Assembly: GCA_963677595.1 (NCBI GenBank)
Contig: OY782041.1
Coordinates: forward strand, 4,096,001 to 4,160,000
Direction of reading: 5' to 3'
DNA length: 64,000 nt
Source: Spirochaetia bacterium
Lineage (GTDB): Bacteria; Spirochaetota; Spirochaetia; CAKZLE01
Below are positions 9,986-19,414 of the stretch, piece by piece. How positions within the stretch are numbered: the first letter of the stretch is position 1; each line of letters starts with the position of its first letter. The translations under genes and the position numbers were made by a program. The notes beneath the pieces are model-generated. The model was not told the origin of the DNA. It was given only the letters and a program-made list of their open reading frames with translations, and did no database searches.

Positions 9986-10829
9986 TTGACTCCCCCGACC
10001 AGTTGAGTTTCGACCGTACGACCTCGTAGAAGTTACGCTTGTCGGAGAGGGCTAACAGTGCCCTGCTCCTCGACTTCTCGATCACGACCTCATCCCCCTC
10101 CTCGAGGTGGAACATCTCCTGCCCATCGACGGTGAGGTTCATCTCCGTCCGCTGGTGAGCGAGGACCTCGATCCTGATGATGTCATCCCCGGAGATCACC
10201 AGCGGCCGGTTCGAGAGGGTGAAGGGGCTGATCGGCGTGACGATGAGCGCCTCCATCTCCGAATCCACGATCGGTCCACCGGCAGCCATGCTGTAGGCGG
10301 TGGAGCCCGTCGGGGTGGCGCAGATGATCCCGTCGGCACGGAAGGTACCGAGATGGGTGTCATTGAGGAAGAGTTTCAGGGTCACGACCTTCGAGATGCC
10401 GGTCGCCGTCACGACGGTGTCATTGAGCCCATGTGCCCGGTAGATGGTCTTTCCCTGACGGATGACCCGTACCCGGTACATCAGCCGTTTGGAGAGGATG
10501 GTCTCCCCGCAGCAGAACTTCTCGAAGGCATCCTGCCACTCATCCACCGACACCTCGGTGATGAAGCCGAAGGTCCCGAGGTTCACCGCGAGAATCGGGA
10601 TCCCCTGGTCCTGGAGCATGCGGGCACAGTAGAGGACCGTCCCGTCGCCGCCGAGGCTGATCGCCAGATCTATATCATTGAGGACGGGTTTGGGGCTGTC
10701 ACGCTTCAGGCCGAGGAAATCGACGGTGATCCCCCTGCCCTCGAGGTAGGCGATGATCTCAGAGCTGAGTCTCTGGGCATCCGGTTTATGCAGGTTCACT
10801 ACAAGAAGAACACGTTCTACAGTTCGCAC
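9978..10829 (-). CDS. nadK: NAD(+) kinase
   Basis: LGGDGT, VNLGTFGF, DGIICATPTGSTAYSMAAGGP. Confidence 0.95.
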   Translation of the reverse strand: MRTVERVLLVVNLHKPDAQRLSSEIIAYLEGRGITVDFLGLKRDSPKPVLNDIDLAISLGGDGTVLYCARMLQDQGIPILAVNLGTFGFITEVSVDEWQDAFEKFCCGETILSKRLMYRVRVIRQGKTIYRAHGLNDTVVTATGISKVVTLKLFLNDTHLGTFRADGIICATPTGSTAYSMAAGGPIVDSEMEALIVTPISPFTLSNRPLVISGDDIIRIEVLAHQRTEMNLTVDGQEMFHLEEGDEVVIEKSRSRALLALSDKRNFYEVVRSKLNWSGESNA

Positions 10830-10848
10830 GGCAACTCTCCAGTATCGT

Positions 10849-11874
10849 TTATGGCAATGTCGACATGACCCGCACCATGGTCATGAGCTGGTCCTTCGAT
10901 AACAGCGGATACAACGGGAATATCATAGCACGTAATATGAACGGGATGCTATTGGGAAATTCATTAGTGTCCCGCCCGTCCAGGGTCAGGGCGCATTCGC
11001 TGAACGGCATGGCCGTCTCGATCTTGTACTTCTTCACATATTTCAGGATATCCTTCATCCTCGAGTCGGCCAGGACGCCGAAGGAGTACCCGTTATGGGC
11101 TGATGACTCACTCATCTCATTGATCAGCAGATGCTTGGTCTTCATGAGCGCCTGCCTGAGCGCATCCAGGTACTCGAGCTGCTTGGCGATATGGTGGTCG
11201 ATCACCTTCAGCTGGTTGCTGATCAGCGCACTGTTAATATCAGGGAGCAGGTCGAACCTGAGGTCCCTCCCGGTCGCAGCCTTCATGTAGGCCATATGCT
11301 TCCGGTCCTTGACGATCACCGCTGCCCCGCCCCCTGCCCCGACGAGGGCGTCGTCCTCGAAGGAGATCACCACGACGGATCCCAGTGATCCTGCAGCCAC
11401 GCCGTTCTTCCTGGAGTGGTAGCTCTGCGATATATCCTCGATGATCGGGATCGACAGTTCCCTGAAACCATCCTCGGAGACTGTATTCCCAAGCGGCTCA
11501 TGGATCAGCACGGCATCGGGAGCAGGGCTCCCGAGTCCTTTCACGGCTTCTGCCGTGATACAGGCAGTCTTCGGGTCGACGTCCACAAACACCGGCTCAA
11601 GGCCTGACTCCTGGAGCAGCCAGAGGTATTCCGGCGGGGAGAGGGGTGAGATGACCACCCGGTCGCCCCGTTTCAGCTGCAGGGATCTCAGCGCGATGAT
11701 GAGTGCCCGCAGGTAGGATCTCAGCACGATGGTATCAGCTGCCGAGAATTCCGAGGTCAGGGTCTTGGCAAGTTCCTGGTTCCTGGCCCCGGGGCCGAGT
11801 TCCTCATCGACGAGGGTGCCCAGGACAGAATCCATATCCTTGCGCTTGATGGTGGGTTTGAAGAGCTTAATCAT
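10849..11874 (-). CDS. DegT/DnrJ/EryC1/StrS-fold protein (degenerate)
   Basis: GDRVVISP, PVFVDVDP, IIEDISQS, SF motif, PLYPLL; PLP-lysine position apparently not Lys. Confidence 0.75.
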   Translation of the reverse strand: MIKLFKPTIKRKDMDSVLGTLVDEELGPGARNQELAKTLTSEFSAADTIVLRSYLRALIIALRSLQLKRGDRVVISPLSPPEYLWLLQESGLEPVFVDVDPKTACITAEAVKGLGSPAPDAVLIHEPLGNTVSEDGFRELSIPIIEDISQSYHSRKNGVAAGSLGSVVVISFEDDALVGAGGGAAVIVKDRKHMAYMKAATGRDLRFDLLPDINSALISNQLKVIDHHIAKQLEYLDALRQALMKTKHLLINEMSESSAHNGYSFGVLADSRMKDILKYVKKYKIETAMPFSECALTLDGRDTNEFPNSIPFILRAMIFPLYPLLSKDQLMTMVRVMSTLP

Positions 11875-11970
11875 ACGTACATAAATTCCTTGAATTCCCA
11901 GTATACCATGTAGAAAGAAGCTGTCTATATGAATTCATGAGAAAGTAGGAGAATCTGTGCAGTATACAGC

Positions 11971-12693
11971 TTAGAACTTCAGCATCAGCGAGAGGTCCAT
12001 GACATTCTGGTTGAAGTAGATCTTCACGTACCCCATCTTCTCATCGAGGAGGTTGTAGTAGATCTCCTCCCAGCAGAACAGGGGGGCACCGGGGATCAGG
12101 GAGAAGCGCTCGGCGACTTCCGGGTTGTGTTCGGCCAGCAGCCAGGCCGTGGTATGGTTGCTCTCGGTCGTGCAGTGGGCGCAGATGAACTCCTTCATGG
12201 ACTCGGTGTACTCCCCCTCTTCAGGGATCACATCCACGATATCTTCAAGGAGTTCCACGTAACAGACCACCGCCAGGACATCATTCGCATAGTAATCCTG
12301 CCTGGATGCGACGACCCGTGCACCATCGGCAGCAGGCATACGTCTAACCATGGCAGCAGAGGCCTCCCTGGTCTCCACCTGAGCCCTGAACGTACGGACA
12401 TCATAGCCGGAGTCGGTAAGGAGGTGCCGAAAGTCCGAGTTCAGGTCTATCCGCATGTTCAGGTTGGACACATCCGGGTGCCCGTAGTTTCCCTTCCCAT
12501 GCCACCGGGTGATGACCCCTTCCTGGATCAGGACGGTCATGGCCTTACGGACCGTCTCCCTGCTCATCCCCAGCTTCTCAGCAAGGGTGTTCTCGGGTTC
12601 GATCTTGTTGGCCCCGGCAGCCATCTTCCTGATCCGGTCGAGAAGGTAGAGTTTTGCCTTGATATATAGCGGTTCTTTATTCTGCTGTTCCAT
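11971..12693 (-). CDS. GntR-family (HutC/UTRA-type) transcriptional regulator
   Basis: PLY...ENTLAEKLGMSRETVRKA...EGVITRWHGKGNY winged HTH plus UTRA-sized C-terminal domain. Confidence 0.9.
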   Translation of the reverse strand: MEQQNKEPLYIKAKLYLLDRIRKMAAGANKIEPENTLAEKLGMSRETVRKAMTVLIQEGVITRWHGKGNYGHPDVSNLNMRIDLNSDFRHLLTDSGYDVRTFRAQVETREASAAMVRRMPAADGARVVASRQDYYANDVLAVVCYVELLEDIVDVIPEEGEYTESMKEFICAHCTTESNHTTAWLLAEHNPEVAERFSLIPGAPLFCWEEIYYNLLDEKMGYVKIYFNQNVMDLSLMLKF

Positions 12694-12788
12694 ATGCTCT
12701 TCTTACCATGCTGATGAGATCGGTACATTATCAGGGGTGTCGCGGCGATCTGTCAAGGTTTATCAGATAATGCGGTCAGTCACGGTAT

Positions 12789-12824
12789 GGATGCAGGCAG
12801 TTCCGCGAGGACCAGCCTGCATCC
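12789..12824 (-). terminator. Stem-loop after carbamoyltransferase gene
   Basis: GGATGCAGGC ... GCCTGCATCC inverted repeat. Confidence 0.5.
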
Positions 12825-12842
12825 CATATACTGACGCTAAAC

Positions 12843-13868
12843 CTACAGGTTAGCCATGGTAGTGGCCATGATCGCCTTCATGATGTGGAGCCGGTTCTCA
12901 GCCTCGTCATAGACGACAGAGTGAGGTCCGTCGACCACTTCACTGGTCACCTCGATGTCACGGTCGAAGGGCATGCAGTGCATGTAGATCGAGTTCGGGT
13001 TCGTCAGGTCCATCTTCCGCTGGTCCACGACCCAGTCCATGTTCCCGTTCTCCCGGTATCGGTCGATGATAGCGATACCTTCTGCCTCGTCCTCAGTATG
13101 CATGATCGGGCCCCAGCCTTTTGCATAGACGATATCTGCACCCTTGCAGGCCTCTTCCATGCTGTCAACGACCTCGAACTTGCTGCCTGCGAGTTCTGCG
13201 TTCTTCTTTGCCTGTTCCATGATCTCCGGTTTCAGCTTGAACTCCGGTGGATGGGCCAGGGTCACGTCAAGCCCGAATCTCGGCATGCAGAGCACCAGTG
13301 ACTGTGCCATGGAGAGCGGCCTGATATAGTTCGGCGCAGAAGTCCAGGAGACGACGATCCTTTTGTTCTTCAGGTTGTTCTGGAATTTCTCCTTGATCGT
13401 CATCAGGTCTGCAAGGACCTGTGTGGGGTGGTAGTCCTCACACTGCATGTTGACGACAGGGATATCAGAGTACTTCGCGAGCTCCCTCATATAGGCATGT
13501 CCGGGACCGAAGGTCTTCCGGACACCGATGCCTTCGCCGTATCTGGAGAGGACCTTGATGGTGTCCTTGGCAGTCTCGCCATGGTCGATCTGGGTAGCCT
13601 TAGGGGTCAGAAAATGGGCATGGCCGCCAAGCTGGTGGATACCGGCTTCGAACGCATTCCTGGTCCTGGTTGATTCTTCGAAGAACAGCATGAAGAATGT
13701 CTTTGCTCTGAGGATCTCATCATGGGTCAATCCGAGGTTCCTCTCCTCTTTCAGCCTGAAAGCGACACTGAGCAGCCGCTCGATCTCCTCGACACTCCAG
13801 TCCTGGGTGCTGAGAAGATGTTTCTTACGTAATGAACTGTACATAATCTTTCTATCCTCCATATCCAT
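12843..13868 (-). CDS. Carbamoyltransferase, YgeW/knotted type
   Basis: STRTR, HPTQVLAD, HCMP, EAENRLH; WTSAPNYIRPLSMAQ resembles the YgeW WAYSPSYGKPLSVPQ loop. Confidence 0.8.
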   Translation of the reverse strand: MDMEDRKIMYSSLRKKHLLSTQDWSVEEIERLLSVAFRLKEERNLGLTHDEILRAKTFFMLFFEESTRTRNAFEAGIHQLGGHAHFLTPKATQIDHGETAKDTIKVLSRYGEGIGVRKTFGPGHAYMRELAKYSDIPVVNMQCEDYHPTQVLADLMTIKEKFQNNLKNKRIVVSWTSAPNYIRPLSMAQSLVLCMPRFGLDVTLAHPPEFKLKPEIMEQAKKNAELAGSKFEVVDSMEEACKGADIVYAKGWGPIMHTEDEAEGIAIIDRYRENGNMDWVVDQRKMDLTNPNSIYMHCMPFDRDIEVTSEVVDGPHSVVYDEAENRLHIMKAIMATTMANL

Positions 13869-13906
13869 TAATCGTCATGCGTACCCGCAGGACAACTAGA
13901 TTCCAA

Positions 13907-14983
13907 CTAAATGACCATGCCCAAGGCACCGGTCGGACAGACGGATGCGCAGAGACCGCAGAGCCTGCAGGTATCCTCGTCCAGGCTCATGACCTTGTCA
14001 CTGAGTTCCCGTGACTGGTAGGGGCAGACCGTGACACATCGCATGCAGGAGGTGCATTTCCCCACCTCGAAGCTGAACGCGAACCGTACATGGTTCTCTG
14101 CCCGTGAGAGGTTCGGCAGGGCTGCCCCGGACACCTCCTCGACGCTCCCATACCCCAGGTGTGCTATCCGCTCCCCGAAGGAACGGATGGTCCGCGGCAT
14201 GATGCCAAGACCTTTCAGCAGCGGCAGGGTGCACACCCCTACTGCAGAAGCCCCTGCCATCAGCATCTCGATCGCATCATCACTGCTCATGACCCCGCCG
14301 AGCCCGATCACCGGGATCCGTACGGCACGGGATATATCAGCGACATACCGGAGGATGATCGGCTTGATCGCACTCCCGGTCAGCCAGCCCTCCCCGCGTT
14401 CGCCGCCTACCATTGGTGCAGCCTTCTCGATATCGATCCGAAGGACCGGGCCGACGGAATCCATCGCCGTGATCGCCTTCGCCCCAGCCTGCTCCGCCTC
14501 GACAGCGCAGGATACCGGGTCACCCCAGTTCGGTGAGAGCTTTGCGATCACGGGAAGGTCCGTGAGCGTGCAGGCAGCGGTTATCATGGGAATCATGGTC
14601 TTCTGCTCGTAGGAGACCAGCTCTATCATATCGGCACCGGCTGCCGTGACGAGGGGGACCCAATGTTCTGCTTCAGCTACGGTGTGCCCGATGCTGGCGA
14701 TGACCACGACTCCATGAGCCTTGGCTTTCGGGATCTCCTGCTCGACCCACTGCTCGCCGGTGATATCGCTCCATTTCTCGGCATTGACCATACTGGAAAC
14801 GGTATTGCATGCCATATGGGGATAGGGGTTGTCTGCGGGAATGTCCCGTATCGTCTTGGTTACCACCGCACCGAACCCATGGTCATGGGCCCTGATCAGG
14901 CCGTCCCCGTCGTAACTCAACGGTCCGGACCCAAGGATGAACGGTGACTGCATCGAAACGGAACAGAAAGTGAATCTCCCCAC
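13907..14983 (-). CDS. DHOD/dihydropyrimidine dehydrogenase (PreA)-like FMN protein with C-terminal 2x[4Fe-4S]
   Basis: SPFILGSGP, GAVVTKT, PVIAKLSPN, GLGGV, C-terminal CxxCxxCxxxCP twice; GTG start with RBS AGAGGG. Confidence 0.85.
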   Translation of the reverse strand: MGRFTFCSVSMQSPFILGSGPLSYDGDGLIRAHDHGFGAVVTKTIRDIPADNPYPHMACNTVSSMVNAEKWSDITGEQWVEQEIPKAKAHGVVVIASIGHTVAEAEHWVPLVTAAGADMIELVSYEQKTMIPMITAACTLTDLPVIAKLSPNWGDPVSCAVEAEQAGAKAITAMDSVGPVLRIDIEKAAPMVGGERGEGWLTGSAIKPIILRYVADISRAVRIPVIGLGGVMSSDDAIEMLMAGASAVGVCTLPLLKGLGIMPRTIRSFGERIAHLGYGSVEEVSGAALPNLSRAENHVRFAFSFEVGKCTSCMRCVTVCPYQSRELSDKVMSLDEDTCRLCGLCASVCPTGALGMVI

Positions 14984-15005
14984 GACGTACCCCTCTAAGC
15001 GGTTT

Positions 15006-15021
15006 ACATGTACATACATGT
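15006..15021. promoter_or_regulatory. Putative GntR/HutC operator
   Basis: Palindrome ACATGTA-CA-TACATGT upstream of the DHOD-like gene. Confidence 0.65.
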
Positions 15022-15125
15022 TTCTCTTAAATTATCATATGGCTATAGTGATGTCAATATAATTGATAGTCCATAATCAACTATACTGCCGGTAGATTTG
15101 CCGCTCCTAAAAAGCCCCTTATAAC

Positions 15126-15175
15126 TTGACGAGTCGGCTGATCTCCTACTACAATAGCTTATGTTGTATATACAA
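15126..15175 (+). promoter_or_regulatory. Sigma70 promoter with downstream GntR/HutC operator
   Basis: TTGACG-N18-TACAAT, then palindrome TTGTATATACAA (15164-15175). Confidence 0.65.
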
Positions 15176-15192
15176 ATAAAGGTGAATAACAG

Positions 15193-15714
15193 ATGGCACA
15201 GGTAACAGACAGCATCACATGCACAGTGAACGGGATCACCCGGGAGATCGGGATCTCACAGAGGTGGACCGCCCTCCACGTGATCAGGGAGGTCCTCGGG
15301 CTGAAGGGCACGAAATACGGCTGCGGGACCGGGGACTGCGGTGCCTGCAAGATCCTGCTAGACGGGAAGGCTGTCAACTCCTGCACGCTGAAGGCCAGTA
15401 AGCTCGACGGGCATGAGGTGATCACCATAGAGGGGATCGGGAAGGACGGGGAGCTGTCAATCGTGCAGCAGGCATTCATCGACGCCGGGGCTGTCCAGTG
15501 CGGGTTCTGCACCCCCGGGATGATCATCACGACCACGGCCCTCCTTGAGGGGGACCCCGCCCCCGACGAGGCGGCAATACGGAAGGCACTGTACAACAAT
15601 CTCTGTCGGTGCACCGGGTATGTGCATATCGTCGAAGCGGTAAAACTGGCATCACAGCGGATGGAGGAGGCAAGACAGTCCCTCGAGAGGCTGAAAGGGG
15701 CACGCAATGGCTGA
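15193..15714 (+). CDS. XDH-family 2x[2Fe-2S] subunit
   Basis: GTKYGCGTGDCGACK, QCGFCTPG, NLCRCTGY. Confidence 0.95.
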   Translation: MAQVTDSITCTVNGITREIGISQRWTALHVIREVLGLKGTKYGCGTGDCGACKILLDGKAVNSCTLKASKLDGHEVITIEGIGKDGELSIVQQAFIDAGAVQCGFCTPGMIITTTALLEGDPAPDEAAIRKALYNNLCRCTGYVHIVEAVKLASQRMEEARQSLERLKGARNG

Positions 15715-18013
15715 TGCGAACCGGTACGTAGGGGCAGCTATCCCGAACAGGGAGTCTGCCATGAAGGTCTCCGGTGAGATCCGGTATATCGACGATATCG
15801 TACTCCCGGGAATGCTCCATGCGAAGATGCTCCTCTCCCCCCACCCCCATGCAAGGATCAAGTCCATCGACACATCAGAGGCGCAAGCCCTGCCGGGTGT
15901 CCATGCGGTCATCCATGCATTCAACACACCGAAGCACCTCTATAACAGTGCTGCCCGGTTCTATCTCGATACCAGCCCGGCCGATATGCCGGAGACAGAA
16001 TATATCTTCGGGGAGACCGTCCACTTCGTCGGCGACCGGGTAGCCGCGGTAGCAGCAGACGACCCCTTCATCGCGGCGCAGGCAGTCCGGCTAATCAAGG
16101 TAGAGTATGAACTGCTTGACCCCGTGATCACGCTGAAGGAGGCGATCGCGGAAGGGGCCCCCCTTGCCAGCGAGTTCGGGATCGATTCCACGAACCTCTG
16201 CGGGGGTGAGCTCGCCTACGGTTCCCACGATGAGCAGGAGGTTCTCGATGCTATCGGGTCCTCCGAGCAGGTGCTGCAGACGACCTTCTACCCCTCACGG
16301 GTCCACCATGCCTATATGGAGCCGGTTGCCCATATCGCAGACTACACCCGAGATGGGAAGCTGACCGTCTATACCTCGACTCAGAACGCGTTCTGTTTCC
16401 GGGATGTGCTCTCGACGGCCCTGCACATGCCGCAACACAAGATCCGGGTCATCAAGACCGTATGCGGCGGGGCCTTCGGCGGGAAGCTTGAGATCATGCA
16501 CGAACCCGTGGTCTCCCTACTCTCCATGAAGACCCGCCGTCCGGTGAAGATACGCCTCGACCGCAGGGAGACCTTCACCTCGACAAGGACCCGTCATGCG
16601 GGGATGCTTACCATCTCCAGCGGGTTCACATCAGACGGGAAGCTCACGGCCCAGCATGTCGACTCCAGGCTGGATACCGGGGCATATGCGACTTCAGGGC
16701 CGAACACCGTAGGGGCCCAGTCAGGCAAGATGTTCATCCTCTACAATGCACCGTACATGTTCTACCGCGGGGCTTCCTACTACACAAACACCCCGGTCGC
16801 CGGGGCAATGCGGGGGTACGGATGTCCCCAGATCATGGTGACCCGTGAGACCCACATGGACCAGATCGCGAAAATACTCTCCATGGACCCGGCACAGCTT
16901 CGCCTGCTGAACTGCATCAAGCCCTATGAGGATAACTGCCTCGGGAACAACATCCACAACGCGAGGGTGAACGACTGCATCATCGCAGGGATCGAGCGGT
17001 TCGACTGGGCAAAACGGCGAGAACAGGCAGAAAGGACCCATTCCTCGCGGATACGCCGCGGTGTCGGCATGGATATCGCGGTGCACGGCAATGGCTGGTA
17101 TCCCGTCTACCAGGATATCACGACGATCACTATACGGATGAACAATGACGGGTCGGCGACCCTGCTCACCGGTACCCATGACCTGGGAACCGGTTCCCGG
17201 ACCATCCTCTCGCAGATCGCGGCCGAGATCCTGAAGATCTCCCCCAATGAAATCGAGGTCATCGAGGCAGATACCGACGTCACCCCGCTCGACCTGGGTG
17301 CCCAGGCTTCCCGAACCACCTATATCGGAGGGAATGCCGCCATCCTCACGGCACAGGAGATCAGGAGGCAGCTGCTCGAGGAAGCCTCCGCCATCCTCAC
17401 AGTACCTGCAGATCTCCTTGAGATCGGAGAGGGGTACATCTCCAACCGGGAGGACCCGGACTGCAGGAGCTCCCTCGTCGATGTCATAGGATCAGCTCAG
17501 GCGGGTACCCACGGGGCTCAGCGGGAGATCATCGCGACTCGGACCTTCGAATCGAAGGATTCGATAGACAGCTATGCTGCCGTCTTCTGCGAAGTCGAGG
17601 TCGATACGGAGACCGGGATCGTCACCCCGATCGAGATCCTGAGCGTCCATAACTCAGGGACCGTCATCAATCCGCTGCTCTTCAACGGGCAGGTACACGG
17701 GGGGATACAGATGGGCCTCGGCTATGCCCTCTCCGAGGAGATGGAGATAGACCCCGGATCGGGGAAGATGAAGAACCCCAATTTCAGGAAGTACAGGATG
17801 TTTACCTCGGACGCTATGCCGAAGGTGGATGTCATTACCGTGGAGGACCCCGAAGCTGCCGGGCCGTTCGGCGCGAAGAGTATCGGGGAGTGCGCGACCG
17901 ACGGGATCGCCGGTGCAGTGGTCAATGCCGCAAGCCATGCCCTTGGAGGTATCTACTTGGACAGGCTGCCGCTCAGACCCGATTATATTCTCTCAAAGCT
18001 TGAAGCAAACTAG
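15707..18013 (+). CDS. XDH-family molybdopterin-binding subunit (no adjacent FAD subunit)
   Basis: HAYMEP, GGAFGGK, AMRGYGCPQ, GAQASR, GQVHGG, GAKSIGE. Confidence 0.95.
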   Translation: MADANRYVGAAIPNRESAMKVSGEIRYIDDIVLPGMLHAKMLLSPHPHARIKSIDTSEAQALPGVHAVIHAFNTPKHLYNSAARFYLDTSPADMPETEYIFGETVHFVGDRVAAVAADDPFIAAQAVRLIKVEYELLDPVITLKEAIAEGAPLASEFGIDSTNLCGGELAYGSHDEQEVLDAIGSSEQVLQTTFYPSRVHHAYMEPVAHIADYTRDGKLTVYTSTQNAFCFRDVLSTALHMPQHKIRVIKTVCGGAFGGKLEIMHEPVVSLLSMKTRRPVKIRLDRRETFTSTRTRHAGMLTISSGFTSDGKLTAQHVDSRLDTGAYATSGPNTVGAQSGKMFILYNAPYMFYRGASYYTNTPVAGAMRGYGCPQIMVTRETHMDQIAKILSMDPAQLRLLNCIKPYEDNCLGNNIHNARVNDCIIAGIERFDWAKRREQAERTHSSRIRRGVGMDIAVHGNGWYPVYQDITTITIRMNNDGSATLLTGTHDLGTGSRTILSQIAAEILKISPNEIEVIEADTDVTPLDLGAQASRTTYIGGNAAILTAQEIRRQLLEEASAILTVPADLLEIGEGYISNREDPDCRSSLVDVIGSAQAGTHGAQREIIATRTFESKDSIDSYAAVFCEVEVDTETGIVTPIEILSVHNSGTVINPLLFNGQVHGGIQMGLGYALSEEMEIDPGSGKMKNPNFRKYRMFTSDAMPKVDVITVEDPEAAGPFGAKSIGECATDGIAGAVVNAASHALGGIYLDRLPLRPDYILSKLEAN

Positions 18014-18015
18014 AA

Positions 18016-18057
18016 AAGGTCCCAGGTACAGGCTTCGACCTGTATATCTGGGACCTT
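18016..18057. terminator. Bidirectional terminator between convergent genes
   Basis: AAGGTCCCAGGTACAGG-loop-CCTGTATATCTGGGACCTT. Confidence 0.75.
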
Positions 18058-18082
18058 CTTTCTCTCACCGACTTGAAGGGAC

Positions 18083-19414
18083 TTACTTAACCACGATCTC
18101 CCACAGACGACGGGACTGCTCATACGCCTGTTCCCGAAGCTGCTTCTTATCTACGTTCTGTACGGTATAGTCACGCTTTGACCAGGAGCCTGCAATGCAG
18201 ACATCCTGCACATGCTGCGGATCGCGATAGAGGATCACCTGGTCGTAGATGTTATGCTCGGTCAGTCCGGTGGGAAGGTCCTCCAGCGAGATCGTGATGA
18301 AATCAGCATCGGCACCCTTCCTGAGACGGTTCATCTCCTTTCCCGGATACATGACATCTGCCCCTGCCTCAGTCGCCATGCGGTAGACAGTCTTCCCGTC
18401 CATGACCGTTGGGTCGCAGCGATGCCCTTTATGCATGAGGAATGCCCCGCGCATGACGGCAAAGAAGTTGTTGATGTAGCCATCCGTCCCCAGTCCGCAG
18501 GTGATCCCCGCTTCCAGGAGGTCCGGGACCGGTGCGATCCCGCCGCCAACTTCGCAGTTACTCAACGGCAGGTGAGCCATCCGCACGGCATGCTTCGCGA
18601 GGATCGCGATCTCCTGGGCATCCACCTGGACGCACTGGGCTGCAAGGATATGCTCTGATAGGACACCATTCTGGTCATACCAGTGACAGGTACGCATCCC
18701 ATGGTGCTTCAAGACCCATTCCGGTTCGTATGAACTCTCATTGAGATGGAGCTGCAGGTCAAAGCCATGGTCCTCAGCCATCGAGACCGCTTCCTTCATG
18801 AACTCACTGCCGCAGGTAAACGCCGTATGGGTGCAGAGCATCCCGCCGATATGGCTGTCATCCTGGTATTCCTTACAGAACTGCAGGTTCTCTTTCAGGA
18901 TCTCCACACCCCGTTCAGGGGTGATCCTCTCGCAGGCCTCGCTGCTGAGGATTGCTCTCATGCCGAGACGCTTCAGGGTCTCGGCCTCGACGCGCAGCCC
19001 CTCGATCCCGGCGTTGGGCGCCTCGAGGATATCACAGAGGGCCGTGACGCCGCTGTCTACCAGCTCAGCCCCGATATAAGCCGTCGCAGCCTCGATCATC
19101 GGTGGGTCGAGCCGATTCTCGACCATCGGCCACCAGTAGTCCTCGAGGAAACTCTCGAAGGTCTCGAGGGGGAACGGCGGTTCGAGCCCGTGGGCGAGTA
19201 CGCCGTAGAGATGCATATGGGTATTGATGAATCCTGGTGAAAGCAGGCAGTGGTGCCGCTCGATCACCTCGGCATCAGGATAGGTACTCCTGGCCTCTTC
19301 CCAGGGGAGGATATCCAAGACATGCGTTCCATCGATGACGAGGGAGCGCTCCTGCTCTGCCTTCAGTCCTGGGGTGATTATCCAACCGGCTTCTATGATC
19401 TGCATGCTATGCAT
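18083..19414 (-). CDS. Amidohydrolase, SsnA/COG0402-like
   Basis: PGFINTHMHLYG, YWWP, HTAF, HLNES, GLGTDG. Confidence 0.9.
   Translation of the reverse strand: MHSMQIIEAGWIITPGLKAEQERSLVIDGTHVLDILPWEEARSTYPDAEVIERHHCLLSPGFINTHMHLYGVLAHGLEPPFPLETFESFLEDYWWPMVENRLDPPMIEAATAYIGAELVDSGVTALCDILEAPNAGIEGLRVEAETLKRLGMRAILSSEACERITPERGVEILKENLQFCKEYQDDSHIGGMLCTHTAFTCGSEFMKEAVSMAEDHGFDLQLHLNESSYEPEWVLKHHGMRTCHWYDQNGVLSEHILAAQCVQVDAQEIAILAKHAVRMAHLPLSNCEVGGGIAPVPDLLEAGITCGLGTDGYINNFFAVMRGAFLMHKGHRCDPTVMDGKTVYRMATEAGADVMYPGKEMNRLRKGADADFITISLEDLPTGLTEHNIYDQVILYRDPQHVQDVCIAGSWSKRDYTVQNVDKKQLREQAYEQSRRLWEIVVK

Noticed and set aside
12843-13868. argF/arcB (ornithine carbamoyltransferase)
   Set aside because: Lacks the DxxxSMG ornithine-binding loop and has a YgeW-type loop.
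13907-14983. pyrD or preA assignment
   Set aside because: Catalytic Cys loop absent, no pyrK/preT partner.
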